From: a virus
Lineage: Duplodnaviria; Caudoviricetes
IMG/VR virus record: IMGVR_UViG_3300021400_000130
Span: 89,614-153,613 of that record
DNA: 64,000 nt
Direction: 5' to 3' (one strand)
Shown piece by piece: positions 47,081 to 59,859 of this stretch (the first letter of the stretch is position 1; each line of letters starts with the position of its first letter). The notes beneath the pieces were generated by a model that saw nothing but the letters and a program-made list of their open reading frames with translations, made no database searches and was not told the origin of the DNA. Both the position numbers and the translations under genes were made by a program.

Positions 47081-49098
47081 ATGTTAGTTGATATTAATTA
47101 AATGTTATTATATAATATACATGTAAAGTAAATTAATCTGAAAAGGAGAACTTCAAATGAAAATCTATGTTGTGATTGAGGATATTGATGATTACCCCGA
47201 AATGGGTGGCGGGTCGCATCTCGATGCGGTTTTTCTGAACTATACTAATGCGGAAAAATATGTAAAGCAGAAACAGCATGAAGCTGACGCTTGGGATGAT
47301 TTTTGTAGAGACCGCATTTCTTGGCATGTTGAGACTTGGGAAACTGCTGATGAAAGGGAGAATGAAAATGACTAAATATTCTGTCAGTGTTCTTCATAAT
47401 GGTAAGCGGACGGGGATAGCGTTGTTTGCTGATTACTATAGTATAGTAAGAAGAAGTGGAGTAAAAAAATGAGAACTTGTCAGAATTGCGGTTGCTACAT
47501 TCCTGATAAATGGACTACTTGCCCTGCCTGTTGGAGACGCGTAGAGCCTGTGCTCAAAGAGAAAAAGACTGAATGGAACTCTTGGAGAGATGGAACACGC
47601 TATACTGAGGAAAAACCGTATAAGGGTAGCTATTCAAAATGCTATTGCGTAAAGATTTACTATAAGGACGATACGACGGTAGACACCATCTTTACTACTC
47701 TTGAAAATGCACTCAACTATGCCCAAAAAAAGATAGACAAATTTTGGTATTACGTACAGTTTATTGAAGTGTGGGATTGTCAAACGCAAGCAAGGATAGG
47801 ACTTTTCTATCCTAACTCTTAACAAAGGAGAATAAAAAAATGGTTGCTGGTAAAATTATTGGTATGCTTATCTTGTGGATTGGCGTTGCTATGTACCCTC
47901 TCGCAGATGAGGATGCTACCCCGCAGGCTTGGCACAAATTCCTTCAAAATCTTTTAAATTCTGTCCCTATCGTGCTTGGGGCACTTATTATGACTTGTGT
48001 GTAAAGGAGATAAATAAAATGACAGTCTACAAAGTTACAGTTGAACGCTCTGGCAAGTATGATGGTGAGTATTTTGTCAACGTTGATGATAGACGCGCCG
48101 CCGTCAACAAAGTCCGCGCTCTTGGTCTTCAAGATGGCGACAGAGTAATTGTTACCAGTGCTTTCCCTTTTACCCTCTATAATGGGGACATTATCAAAGG
48201 CAAATACGTTATGTAAAGGAGGGCTGAAAATGTTTCATACAAATGAAATTATTGCCTTTTATTTCAAGGCTCATCCCTCTGTTTCTTATGAAACTATTGC
48301 CGCAACTCTGAAACTTGTCTATGATTTGACTGATAAAGAAATCGAAGAGGGGTATAAAATTTTCAAAGAAACTCTTGACAAGTAAATGAATCTATGTTAT
48401 ACTATAATCACAAAAGAAAAGGAGATAATAAAAATGATGGTTTATTTACTGTGGGAACACGATGGTAATGAAACTAATCTTTTTGGCGTTTATCGTCTGA
48501 AAGATAAGGCTGTCGCTTGGGAAGAATACCTTGAAAAAAGGGCTAAGGATGATAGCCTGTACTGGCTCCAGTATAGCGTTACGGAAGCGTATGTGAGGGA
48601 ATAAAATGTATGTTTATGTAATCGTTCATGTCTATGTAGACGAAGATGGCTATGGCCATGAAAAGGTGAGTAGCATTTACAGAAGTCATGATGAAGCGCA
48701 GGCGCGCGTCAACGAACTAAACTCTATGTGCTTCCCTTGGGACATTGAGTGGTATGAGATTGATGAAATGTGGATGCACTGAAAAGTAGCATAACTTTTT
48801 AGAGGAGATAAAAATGAAAAAGTTTGTTTATCAGGTTGATGGCTTTGAGTTTGTAGATACTGTTGCTTTTGGTGAAGCTTGGAAGGAAGCTAAGGAGGAA
48901 GCTACTGCACTCCATGTTCCGATTTATCGCCTTGTGATTGAAGATGGCAAGGTGCGCGAAGAGGTTTACGTCAAGTCTGGTTGTTTCCTGCGTTCTGACC
49001 TAGCCCTTGTAAAGAATGTAATGATTTTCTAAAGCCTTAACCACTTAAGTTGATTTTAATTTACTCTTATTATATAATATACTTGTAAAAAGAAAAGA

Positions 49099-49136
49099 GG
49101 TGCGCCAACCGGCTACGGTCGGAACACGCCGACACC
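49099..49136 (+). ncRNA. Structured leader motif, copy 1
   Basis: GGTG-CGCCAA-CCGGC-TACG-GTCGG-AACACGCCGA-CACC. Confidence 0.65.
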
Positions 49137-49566
49137 ACTCAGTGAAGCACAGAAGGAGATATGATATGTACGTTGTAAGAAGACTCCGTGATGACGGAGA
49201 GTGGGTCTATATGAATTGCTATCGGAAGTATAGCGAAGCACTGTTGGCCCGAGACACATTTGAAAAGAAATACGGAGGGAAATATCTTATTTCTTGGGAA
49301 GAATAAAAGGAGTGCATAGTATGGACTGGCAAGAAATGTATGATATCCTTCATGAGTATCTTGGTATTAGCGAAGAAGCACTCGGGATTGCATGTGCTAT
49401 CGGCGGATGTAATGAAGAGACAATGGAAAGAGTTCTTTTCTATAAAACAGGCTGGCGTACTTTTGAGGGTTGGTTCAGTGAGTTTGAAGAAGGCTAAGTT
49501 GATTTTAACTTAGCCTTATTATATAATATAAGTGTAAATAAAAAATATTTCCTCAGTAAGTTAGAA

Positions 49567-49604
49567 GATGCGCTCACTGACTACGGTCAGAACACGCCGA
49601 CATC
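49567..49604 (+). ncRNA. Structured leader motif, copy 2
   Basis: GATG-CGCTCA-CTGAC-TACG-GTCAG-AACACGCCGA-CATC; compensatory changes versus copy 1. Confidence 0.65.
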
Positions 49605-51308
49605 TAAAACTGAAATGGAATACTCTTCTGAGGAGGAAGGAAGTAAGATGGACAGACGTATCAAAGAAGAAAGAATCAAGTCTGTCAAAGCAATGGAGTT
49701 TCTTGCTCGGCAGATCAACAATGAGAATATTTTTGAAAGTTGGCTCATTAATGGTCCCGCGGATGGTGATATTTGCTACGGAGATCTTGAAGTGAAGCCC
49801 GAGGATTTCGAAGATCTTGAGTACTACATCGAAGATAATGAATTTCGAGATCTGATGAAAACATTTCTCAAGCTAATGTGCCAGGCTAAAGATGACGGAG
49901 GTCTTTACTGCGGTAATGTTTGCACAGAAGGGCCTATCTTCTATGGTGACTATTATTTTGGATGAATAGGTACTAATAAATACTCTAAAAAAATTGAAGG
50001 GAGAAATTACTGATGGCTATTCTTCTGCCGTTAACAATCGGAACCATCACGCTGATTATCGGATTCGGTAGTATTTTGACTGCCTGCATTATCAGTGAGA
50101 TCAAAAACAAACGTCACAAAAGGTAGAATTGAAAGGAATCTTATTGTTGATATTTACATATGTGTATTATATAATATAAGCGTAAATAAAAATTAACGGA
50201 GATACAACATGAAACACGAAGCACTCAAGTCTGAAGAATATAAGAAAGCCTACGCTTACATGAAAGAAGGCGTTAGCTTCTTTGTGTTAAACCAGTACGA
50301 GGAGCGCAAATTGTTTGTGAAGGGTTCCGTTATCTACAACCCTAACACATTGAAAACCTTTTTTAAACTGGCGTATGACCTGGAAGATCAACTTGTTATT
50401 GTCCCTTGTGCACTGTAAAGGAGAATATATATGAATACTTGGAAGATTGTGTGGCATTGGATTGATGAAGATGGCTACATTCGTAGTAAGGTCGTTTTCT
50501 CCGCTGATACTGAAGAAGCCGCCCTTAAAGAGTGGAGACAGCAAATAAGGCTGGGTACCTATGGTTGGTATGATATTGTGAAAGGGGAATAAGTATGAAC
50601 TATTACAATATTGATAAAGAGTCACATTATTATCTTTGTGTGCATCCTCTTGAAACATTCTTAGGGATTATTTCTTTTACTTCTTCTAATACTCCCACAA
50701 AGTGGGTTGAGTATCGTGTTGTTGAAGAAAACTATAAAGTAGACGACGGTTACAAAATTGAGCTTCGTCCTGAGGAAACCGGTTATGGGAAAGAGACGTT
50801 CTATCAAGAAGATTTTGTGTCAATGCTCAATCGTGGTCAGATTGTAAAAAAGAAACCTAACCATCATGTAGAAAAGATTCTCTGTGAAGAGCCTATTACT
50901 CCTTTGGCTCATATTATTCATGCAGGTTGGGCAATTATAGAAGAATAAGATAAATAAAATATAAAGGAGTGCTAATATATGCTTAGCAAGAAGATTACAG
51001 TCTATGCCATCAAAACTACAAAAGATGAATACCGTTCGTCTTATGACGAATTGTTCGACACACTCGAAGATGCCATCGACGCTTCCATGAACTATGCCGA
51101 CTGGTATACCAGCAATGGGACTTGTACTATCGACAAGATTCTCATCGGTTGTGGAAGTATCTATAGAGTAGAAGAACGCTGGCGTCTCGATAAGGGCTGC
51201 ATTGTGGAACACGAAAAGAAAAACTAGAAAAATAAAGAAGTTGAATTTTACCTGTTTTTACTATATAATATAATTGTAAAATAAATTGAAGTTTCAAAGG
51301 AGCAAGAT

Positions 51309-51743
51309 ATGCAGTTTACGTACAGTGACGGGGGAAGAAGTAAGTACTTCAAAGCTGTTAATGTAGGAGATTGCGTTACCAGAGCAATTTGCAATGCTAC
51401 AGGAAAAGACTATAAAGAAGTCTATAATGCTCTTAATGAACTTGCACTGAATGAAAAAGTTTCAAAACATAGCGGCGAGAAGCGTAGTAGCTCTCGCGAC
51501 GGTGTATTCAAAGAAACTTATAAAAAGTATTTGAAAGAGTTGGGCTGGGAATGGCATCCCACAATGATTTTTGGTCAGGGCTGTACTACCCACTTGAAAG
51601 CAGAAGAACTTCCGAGTGGAACTATCATTGTTAGTGTTAGTAAACATTTGACCTGTGTTAAAGACGGAGTGCTATACGATACTTACGACTGTTCTCGTGA
51701 TGGCACTAGATGTGTCTACGGATACTATATTAAAAAACTTTAA
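51309..51743 (+). CDS. Conserved phage protein with papain-like Cys-His-Asp pattern
   Basis: GDCVTRAI, KHLTCVKDG, YDTYD. Confidence 0.55.
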   Translation: MQFTYSDGGRSKYFKAVNVGDCVTRAICNATGKDYKEVYNALNELALNEKVSKHSGEKRSSSRDGVFKETYKKYLKELGWEWHPTMIFGQGCTTHLKAEELPSGTIIVSVSKHLTCVKDGVLYDTYDCSRDGTRCVYGYYIKKL

Positions 51744-51994
51744 GGAGAATAAATTTAATGAAGGTACTTATTAGAGATAAGAAAACAGGAGATTATTACA
51801 CTCCTGATCTTAAATATAAGATTGAGAAGGGTTCTGTTGGTTGGAATGTTAGCGAGCTTGATCCTAGAGGGTGGTACAACTACAGCTTTTCTTGTATGAC
51901 TTTGAAAGAGGTTCGAGATAGTCTTTAGTTGATTCTAAGTTAGATTTACTATATATTATAGTTATAACAAAGGAAGGACTGAAGGAGTATCTGA

Positions 51995-52594
51995 ATGAGT
52001 GAGGAGCGTTACGTTACAAAAAGAGCTGTCTTTCATGACATTGAAAATTATATTTATACTCATCCTATTATTAATGATAATGAACTATTTGCTTTGATAA
52101 GCACGATCCCAGAATCAGATGTTGTTCCCGTACCAAAAGAAGGTATTGGAGAACTTAGCGACGGCTATCATACTTTCAATGGCCTATACTATCAGAGAAT
52201 GATGCTCTTTGCAGCACTTGTTAATGTGTACAAGGACAGAGCATGGAAGTCTTGGAGACATGAAGACGGCGAACCCTGCTTTGGTAAAGATAATTATTTT
52301 ATAGTTGGGATTGATACACCAGAAGGTAGCTACACTTATCATTATCACGGTGAGTATTGGGATCTTTTCAATTGTAAAGAACTTCCTGTTGCAAAACACT
52401 GGGATGGTCATACTGAAAAAGATGTGACTCGTTTGCTTTCGCTGTCCGTAGAGAATCCTGTGGTATTGTGCCAGGATTGCAAGTGCTACCAACAGAGCCA
52501 TTACATCGACAATCACATGGAGTGCGCCCGTAGTGGGTTTCCTGTACATTCAGTCGACTTTTGCTCGTTTGGTGAAAAGAGAAAGGAAAGCTGA
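51995..52594 (+). CDS. Modular hypothetical protein with WDGH-type domain and C-terminal Zn-finger
   Basis: SDGYHTFN.LY..R, AWKS..H.DG, YTYHY, WDGHT; flanked by P..DVVPV and VLCQDC..FCS.G modules. Confidence 0.6.
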   Translation: MSEERYVTKRAVFHDIENYIYTHPIINDNELFALISTIPESDVVPVPKEGIGELSDGYHTFNGLYYQRMMLFAALVNVYKDRAWKSWRHEDGEPCFGKDNYFIVGIDTPEGSYTYHYHGEYWDLFNCKELPVAKHWDGHTEKDVTRLLSLSVENPVVLCQDCKCYQQSHYIDNHMECARSGFPVHSVDFCSFGEKRKES

Positions 52595-55500
52595 TGAAAT
52601 ATACTGAACAGGACAAATATATTAAATTGTCTCAAGCACTTGAAGTCCTTGATCGTTGCGCATGTTGGTGGGCGCATGAGCTAATGGAGGGCATCCCTGC
52701 CGCAGATGTTGTTTCGGCTGGCGCTTATGACCAAACCGACTGGGAACGTTGCGTTGCGCTGACTCAGCTGAAAGAAATCGGCAAATCGTTTGGAGAACGC
52801 ATGGATGATGTGCGGACCATAGTTTTGTGTAAGGATTGTAACTATTGGGGCCTATCAGAGATTGAACCATCGTTTCATGTTTGTAAATATCTCTACGGGG
52901 CGGAAGTTGTACGTAATGAAGATGATTTTTGTTCTCGCGGCAAAAAGGGAGAGGAAAGCTGATGGGAATTTATATCAATGGCATGAGCATGCCAAAAAGT
53001 TATAAGGACATTCGCATTTATGCAGATGGCAGAGTTGTAAGCAGATCACTTCACATGTACGGAGAACAAATTGCAATCGCCACCCCCGCCACCGCTGAAC
53101 GGCCTGTGGTGCGAGGAAAATGGATTTGGAAAGAGAACGGTGAAGTCGTTTGCTCTAAATGTAATTATTTGATGGCTGTTGTTGGGAATACGGAAGATTT
53201 CGTAACAGTAAAATCTTACCACAACTTCTGCCCCAACTGCGGGGCTGACATGAGGGAGGAAAGCTAATGGGACAGCACAAATATAACCCAACAGCAATTG
53301 CGGCGAAAAATGGCGAACTACAGCCCAAACCAAAGAAGCTAAGCAAGCGGGTAAGAGAAGCGTACTTGCACAACGCTGTTGAAAATGCAATGCGGAAAGT
53401 GGTTGGCGTTGCCCCGTCCGATTTGTTGGACACTTATACGGATGGGAAATGGTATTGAGGGAGGAAAGCTAATGAAATACAAGGTCGGATATTACGGTTT
53501 TGTCATTGTTGAGGCAGATGACGCGCAGGATGCACTTGACAAGGCGCAGAATGATGAAGAAGAGTACGAAGAATATGAGTGGGAATACCCAGAGTCGTTT
53601 GAAGAGGAAATCTGATGCCGATTAGTCCAAAATTTATTCGGATTGTTAGTTTCGGAAATCCGACATATATCAATGTGCAGTATATTGAGTCGGTTATTCT
53701 TATAGATGACAAAACTCGAATCTGTACTGTGTGTGGTGAAGGATATTTTGAGACGGATGAACCCTTAGAAGAAATCATGCGCAGAATACAGGAGGAAAGA
53801 TAATGGAAGAGATAAAGACAGGTTGGCTTTCTCCAACAGGAGAGTTCTTTCCTGCAGGCTTATATGATCACATTTATGTAGCACGTGAATTAGCAGATAG
53901 CCTGTCTTTACCAAGTTATGATCTTAAGACGAACAGAAGGATATCGGATGATGATAAACTTCTAAATGCTGGATGGGTCTATATTGGGATAGGCGTTTAT
54001 TTTGAGCATGAATGGCGCGTCGGATGGAACCTGACATTGACACCAGAACAGGTTCAGTTTTTAAGACCATATTTTGAAGATACCGACTTACCGATGAACG
54101 AGATAGCCAAAGAAAGATGGGAACTGGAAACGGAGGAAAGCTGATGGATGACGAACTAGTAAAGCGGCTCAGAAATCGTCGTATCTGCATTCAACAGTCT
54201 GGGAGCCTTGATGATTTCCCTCTGCTTAAAGAAGCTGCCGACGCAATAGAAGAACTGTTGCCTTTTAAGAAACAGGTTGAAAAAGGAATGGGACTTTTAG
54301 ATAAAGCTGAAGAACTTCTTAATGCGATAAAGCCACTCTGGACTCCTGTGACGAAAGGATTGCCGTCAGTAGATAAAGAGGTTTATGTTACAGATGGGGA
54401 ATATATTGCTAGAGCTAAGCTACTCGATGAAGTGTTTCCTGGCGATAAGCCGTGTTGGAGCTATTCAGGTCTCGGAGAAATCACACACTGGTGTGAGCAA
54501 ATTCCGTTGCCACAGAAGGAGAAACACTAATGCCTGAGCGATTTAGAGATAAAGTTTCACGCAAGTGGAAAGAGTTTAGACTGAACGCCATAAAGAGAAT
54601 TTTCAAATGGGCTATCGAACAATATGACAAACTTAACAACGGTGCATTTATGGCATTTTCATGGGGTATTGACGATGTAACAGATTATCATGTTATAGCG
54701 GAACGGTCATACCCTGATCACAATATATACGGAACAAGAGTTACGTGGTACGATACAGAGTCTCCGAAGGAGGAATAAGCATGAGCCTTTATTATGAACA
54801 GCGTTATTTTGAACAACTTACAGAAAAGGTTTATGAGAAGTATCCGAAAGATCCTGATATTTGGAATCTGTTGCAAGAAGTAGTGTCGATGCATCAAGAT
54901 TTAGAGAAGTGCAAGAAAGATATAGAAACTATCAGTAAAGCCATTTCTCCTATGTTGATGGCAGAAGTCGTTTGTCGTATGCGTAAGGAGGAATAAGCAT
55001 GGGAGTTCGTTGGTGGCGCGTTACTGAATATGATATTGAGTGCGACAAGTGTTACGCATCGGAAGTACTTTATTCCGGTGACAGTTCCGGCAATACTATT
55101 GTGTGTAGTATTCAGACCGCGATAAAGGTTGCTGGCTATCACAGAAGTCATGGATTACTTCTTTGTGACAGATGCTTTAAGGATTCCAGAGAAAGAGGCG
55201 ACAACGAATGAGCGGAGTTTACATCAGTGGCATTGAGATGCCAAAAACATATCCGTTGACGGTGACAATCTATCCCGACGGGCAAGTGCTGTCGGAGACA
55301 GTTGGTGCTAAAGATATACATGGCAAAGCAGTCCCTGTCCCGCCGCATGGGGATTTGATAAGCCGGGAAACCGCAAAGTTGTATCACAGCTATTTAGTGG
55401 ACGAAAGAACAGACATAAGAGTACCTGCGATTCCGTTGAGCGTTCTTAACGTAGTCCCCACCATCATCCCGGCAGAGGAGAGCTAAAAATGAGTGACATT

Positions 55501-58500
55501 CTAATCAAAGGCATAGACATGCCGAAAAATATTGAGCCAGGGCTTGTCATCGAATTTGCAGACGGTATTGATGGTAAACGATACGCGAGGCTCTATCATT
55601 ACCAACATGGCGGTTTGACAGAGTGGCTTGAAGCCGTCTCCGTCCCACCGCATGGGAGATGTATTGATGCGAATGCGCTGAAAGCGTCCCTTGCGTTTGC
55701 TGAGAAAACCGCAGAGTGGGCTGTTCCGGCGTTAAGGTCAGTTCTGATGGTTATTGACGAGATGCCAACTATCATCCCTGCAAACGATGAGGTGAAAGAA
55801 TGAGTGATGTCTTAATCAAAGATATAGAAATGCCAACGAGCGGGCGCATTTTAATTGTTTTTCCAAGTGGCAGAGTTTTAGAGGTTTCTGCAGATGCAAC
55901 ACAAGAAATTTTTAGAGAAACGCAGGCCATCCCCGTTCCACCCCATGAAGATTTGATAGAGCGTAAAGCAATTTATCTTACAGACTTTGAGATTGTAATG
56001 TGTGGAGGAGATTATAAAGACGGGATGAGAATGCTATTGGAGAAGGTAGAATCAGCTCCTACAATTATTCCCGCAAGCAAGGAGGAACAAACATGAATAA
56101 CGTCCTATTTACTATTATCGTAGGGATTTATGTTGTCGGCGTGTATTGCCTCGGATTTTATATGGGGAGACGAAGCAAATGAGCATTTTAGTTAAGGGCA
56201 TGGAAATGCCAAAGAACTGCTTAGCGTGTGATTGGTGTGCTCACACAATCCCTGCTGATAATTACATCTGTTATCGTCTTAATCGCGCTGTGATTGGAGT
56301 CGCAGAAGAGGATGTTAATGAAACTGTAAATGCGTGTTGCCCCATTATTCCCGTCCAGCTACATGGGAGGTTGGGCGATCTGGACGAGTTGTATGCCTCT
56401 CTTGAAAACTGGCTTATACAAAACAAGCACAGTATGACTGAGGCAACAAGAGTGTGGATTCGCGGCGTACTTGAAGGGATAGCCGCCGCTCCCACCATCA
56501 TCCCGGCAGAGTGGACAGAAACGTGAGAGGACCGAAAGGAACGACTGATGGCTGAGAAAAAGTATATTGAACTCGAGGCGGCAATAAGCAGCCTTGACGA
56601 ATTAGAAAAAACATCGCATCACAACTCCGTTCTGTGGCCGGATCATGTAGAAGAATGCCGAGAGGCTTTGCGCTCCATCCCCGCCGCTGATGTGCAGCCT
56701 GTTAGAAAAGGACGCTGGGAATACAATCCTGGTGACAATATTCCGTACTGTTCTGAGTGTATGATGCCACAAGATACTGAGTGTAATTTTTGTCCGTCTT
56801 GCGGTGCTGATATGAGGTAGTAATAAAAATGAGTGATATTTTAATTAAGGGCATGAAGATGCCGACAAGCTGTATTGCCTGTCGGATTAACTTCGGAGAG
56901 AAGAGGCCGGAGTATGGATTAACAATTTGTTGCCCGTATTCCGAAGGAGTTATTTCTTGGCGCGACCAAGCGTTCGATAATGGGCGGCTTGCTTCTTGCG
57001 GAATCGTTCCTGTTCTGAAGCATGGGAATTTGATTGACGAGGCGGAACTTTGGGTAGAAATCAACAAGATCTGTGATAGGCGAGATGCTGGGATTATATC
57101 TGATTTGACTTGCCTTCAGCAAATACTCTCAGCATTAAGACACGCTCCTACAATTATCTCTGCAAGTGAGGAGGAAACTAGATGAGCGATATCTTAATCA
57201 AGGGTATGGAAATGCCGAAAGAGCGAGAAAGTTTCACGGTGACAATTAAGTACAACGGCTTGGTTTTCGATACAGAGACTATGATTCAAGTTGCAGAAGC
57301 GCAAGAGGTTCCACCACATGGTAGGTGTATTGATGTAGATGCGCTGACAAAGTCAGATAGAATGGTTGGGAAGTTGATGATGTTTGGCGGCGAGTATGTT
57401 TATACGCAAACAGAAATAGACCGCGCTCCTACTATCCTTCCAGCAGAGGAGGACAACTGATGATAGTTGAATATGGTATAGGATTTAATAGCAAAGGAGA
57501 ACTAGTTGTAATTGAGTTTAACAGGACAACTGGAACGACCAAGTACATTCCACTTGTTGTAGTAGACGGGAAAGTGGTTATGCTCAATGAGGAGGAAAAG
57601 TAATGGGTCTATATTTTCCAAAACTCCATGAGCCAAAAAGCTGTGAAAGATGCTCAGAGAGAGATCCCGAATATGGAGGGGCATGTATGTTAATGCCCGG
57701 GGCTAATTTTGAAACGTTCGATGACCAATTTGCTTGTTGTCCGATTGTTGAATTAATTAAAAGTAATACATGCTATCACACAAAACCAGGTGATATTTTA
57801 ATTAGAGGAACTGTTTATCAGGAGACACCATAAATGAATAAATGGTATAGACCACAAGAGTGGTTCAAGAAAATCCGAAAAAGAAATCTGCGAGAAGTCT
57901 GCCGAGAAAAATATGGAGACGATTTTGTAAAAATGTATGATATGATTAACAGTGGTATTCCGATTGGTAACTTAGAAGAAACTCAAATTTTTCTCGCAAT
58001 GGTCAAAGCGGCACAGGAGGATAAGTAAGTATGGGCTACGTCAGAGTATGCGACTTGTGTGGAAAGCCTCTCCAAGAGATTGGGCGAGAATATAAAATCA
58101 AAAAACGCTGGTATTCGTGGCCTGCCGACAGTGGGTGGGAAACGATAGACGCGCATGACGAGTGCGTCAAGAAGTTGCTGAACGCTCGGGATGACCAACG
58201 TGAGGCAGAGGAGGGCTAAGAATGAAGTACATCTGCAAAGAAGGCTTTGCCGTTGAAAAATATGACGATGACGGTTGGCCTACAGACGAATACATGAGCA
58301 TCGAAGTTGGCGAAGTATATGAGGTAATTGATGATTGGCGAGTAGCCGGAGGATATGATTTTATCCGTCTTGAAAACAGCGAAAAAGGCAATTGGCTTGA
58401 GCTGCAACAGGAAACTATTGACCAATACTTCGAACCGGCAGATGAGGGCGAGTGATGGAGAGAGAATGTAGAACTTGTATGTGGCTATATCACATGGTGA

Positions 58501-59859
58501 CATACAATCCAACCGCTCCATGTTCCACGTGCCTTGACCACGACAAATGGCAGACTACAAAAAAGACTCATTATGACGAAATCCGAGCCATGAACATCGA
58601 AGAACTAGCAGAGTGGCTTGATGGAAGTTTTAGACACGCTGATTGGTGTGATCAGTCAAAGTTTCCAAATGGAGATTGTATGGAAGTGCCATGCCTTGGG
58701 TGCATCATTGATTGGTTGAAACAGGAGGTAAGTGATGGTTAAGTGTTCATGTTATCACGACGAGGTAAATTTTATCGGACAGCGCGGTGTGTGTTGGGGT
58801 ACGAAAGAGAAGGAACCATGTTCGTGCGGAGGCGATGAGGCGAAATGCGATTTTTATGATTATGTACGGGAAAGAGCAAAGAAGCCCTCCACCAATTATG
58901 ACTCTTTAATCCAAAAGACACCTGAAGAGATGGCAAAGTGGATAGAGAGCATAGAGCCTGCGGCGTGCCCCTCTCGTGAAGATCACGGAGATGATTGTCA
59001 CTTTGTTGGCACTTGCACAGAATGTTGGCTAGACTGGCTGAAACGGGAGTGTGAAGTATGAAAACAAGTCTTAAGAAATTTTTTATTACCATAGGTATCA
59101 TTATTTTTAGTCTTGTAATGTTTTCCGTTCCTATTTTGACTGCTTGTTCATTTTGTTTATCTTGGAGCCCGCATTCTAAATTCATATTAACTATTTTAAC
59201 AATAGTTCAATTAATAATTCTTGTTTCATATGTTTCATATCAAGTTAATACGGAGGATGCCTAAAATGAAAAGAGACTATAATGAAATTATTAGTGATTT
59301 GAAACACGGACTTTGTACTCCCGCACTTGCTAATAGGGCTGCCAGAGCTATTCAAGAGTTGATTACGACTCATGAACTTGACCAATCATTAATTGTTGAA
59401 CTTAGAAACCAGATTAAAGAACTAAAAAATAGACTCCCAGATGATACATAAATAACCAGGAGGTAATAATATGGCATCTTTTATTGATGAACATGGAGGC
59501 TGTGCTTGTAGTAGGACCGTTTGTGATTATGGTTGTATTACCTATGCTTCAAAAATGAATAGCAAATATGGTAAAACAGAATGCCAGTATAAACTTCCTT
59601 GTAATTATTGTTCTATAATTAAACAGCCTTGTTTAAAGTGCTCAGAAGGGAGCAAAGTATGACAGAATACAGAAAGAGCCTTCTTCATCGGATTATTGAG
59701 CTATACGGAGAAAATCATGCTTTTGTTCAAAGATTTACTGATCTGTGTGAAAGATACAGTAATACTCCATGGAATGATGAAGTACTTTCTCTGATTGTAA
59801 AAAGCCATGAAGATATGGAAGCCCCTTTCTTAACTGGAGATTGTAACAATGACGTATAA
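52594..59859 (+). other. Array of about 25 small translationally coupled hypothetical genes, including a paralog family (52962, 55208, 55489, 55800, 56179, 56829, 57182)
   Basis: Shared modules I(L/Y)IKG..MP, VPPHG.(L/C)I, (A/V/M)PTIIPA, PAADV, CS.C..NFCP.CGADMR; TGATG/TAATG overlaps; visibly more GC-rich than flanks. Confidence 0.7.

Larger units (their letters stand above)
47157..51227 (+). other. Early-type small ORFs (47157-47375, 47469-47822, 47840-48005, 48019-48216, 48230-48385, 48434-48604, 48606-48783, 48814-49032, 49166-49306, 49321-49497, 49648-49965, 50209-50418, 50595-50948, 50979-51227)
   Basis: Mostly strong AGGAG-type SDs, 45-120 aa, downstream of repeated promoters. Confidence 0.65.
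47088..51957 (+). promoter_or_regulatory. Cluster of seven strong promoters (-35 at 47088, 48375, 49050, 49499, 50147, 51241, 51929)
   Basis: Six GTTGAWW-N17-TATAAT/TATATT plus one TTGACA-N17-TATACT with TG extension. Confidence 0.8.

Noticed and set aside
49099-49604. Repeat pair as a mini CRISPR array
   Set aside because: Copies are 468 bp apart with genes and a promoter between; covariation points to an RNA structure instead.
49100-49795. ORF-track N-terminal extensions through the leader motifs (49100, 49568, 49615 starts)
   Set aside because: SD-supported starts are at 49166 and 49648; the shared TV.TRRH translation is a by-product of the nucleotide motif, although a leader peptide is not formally excluded.
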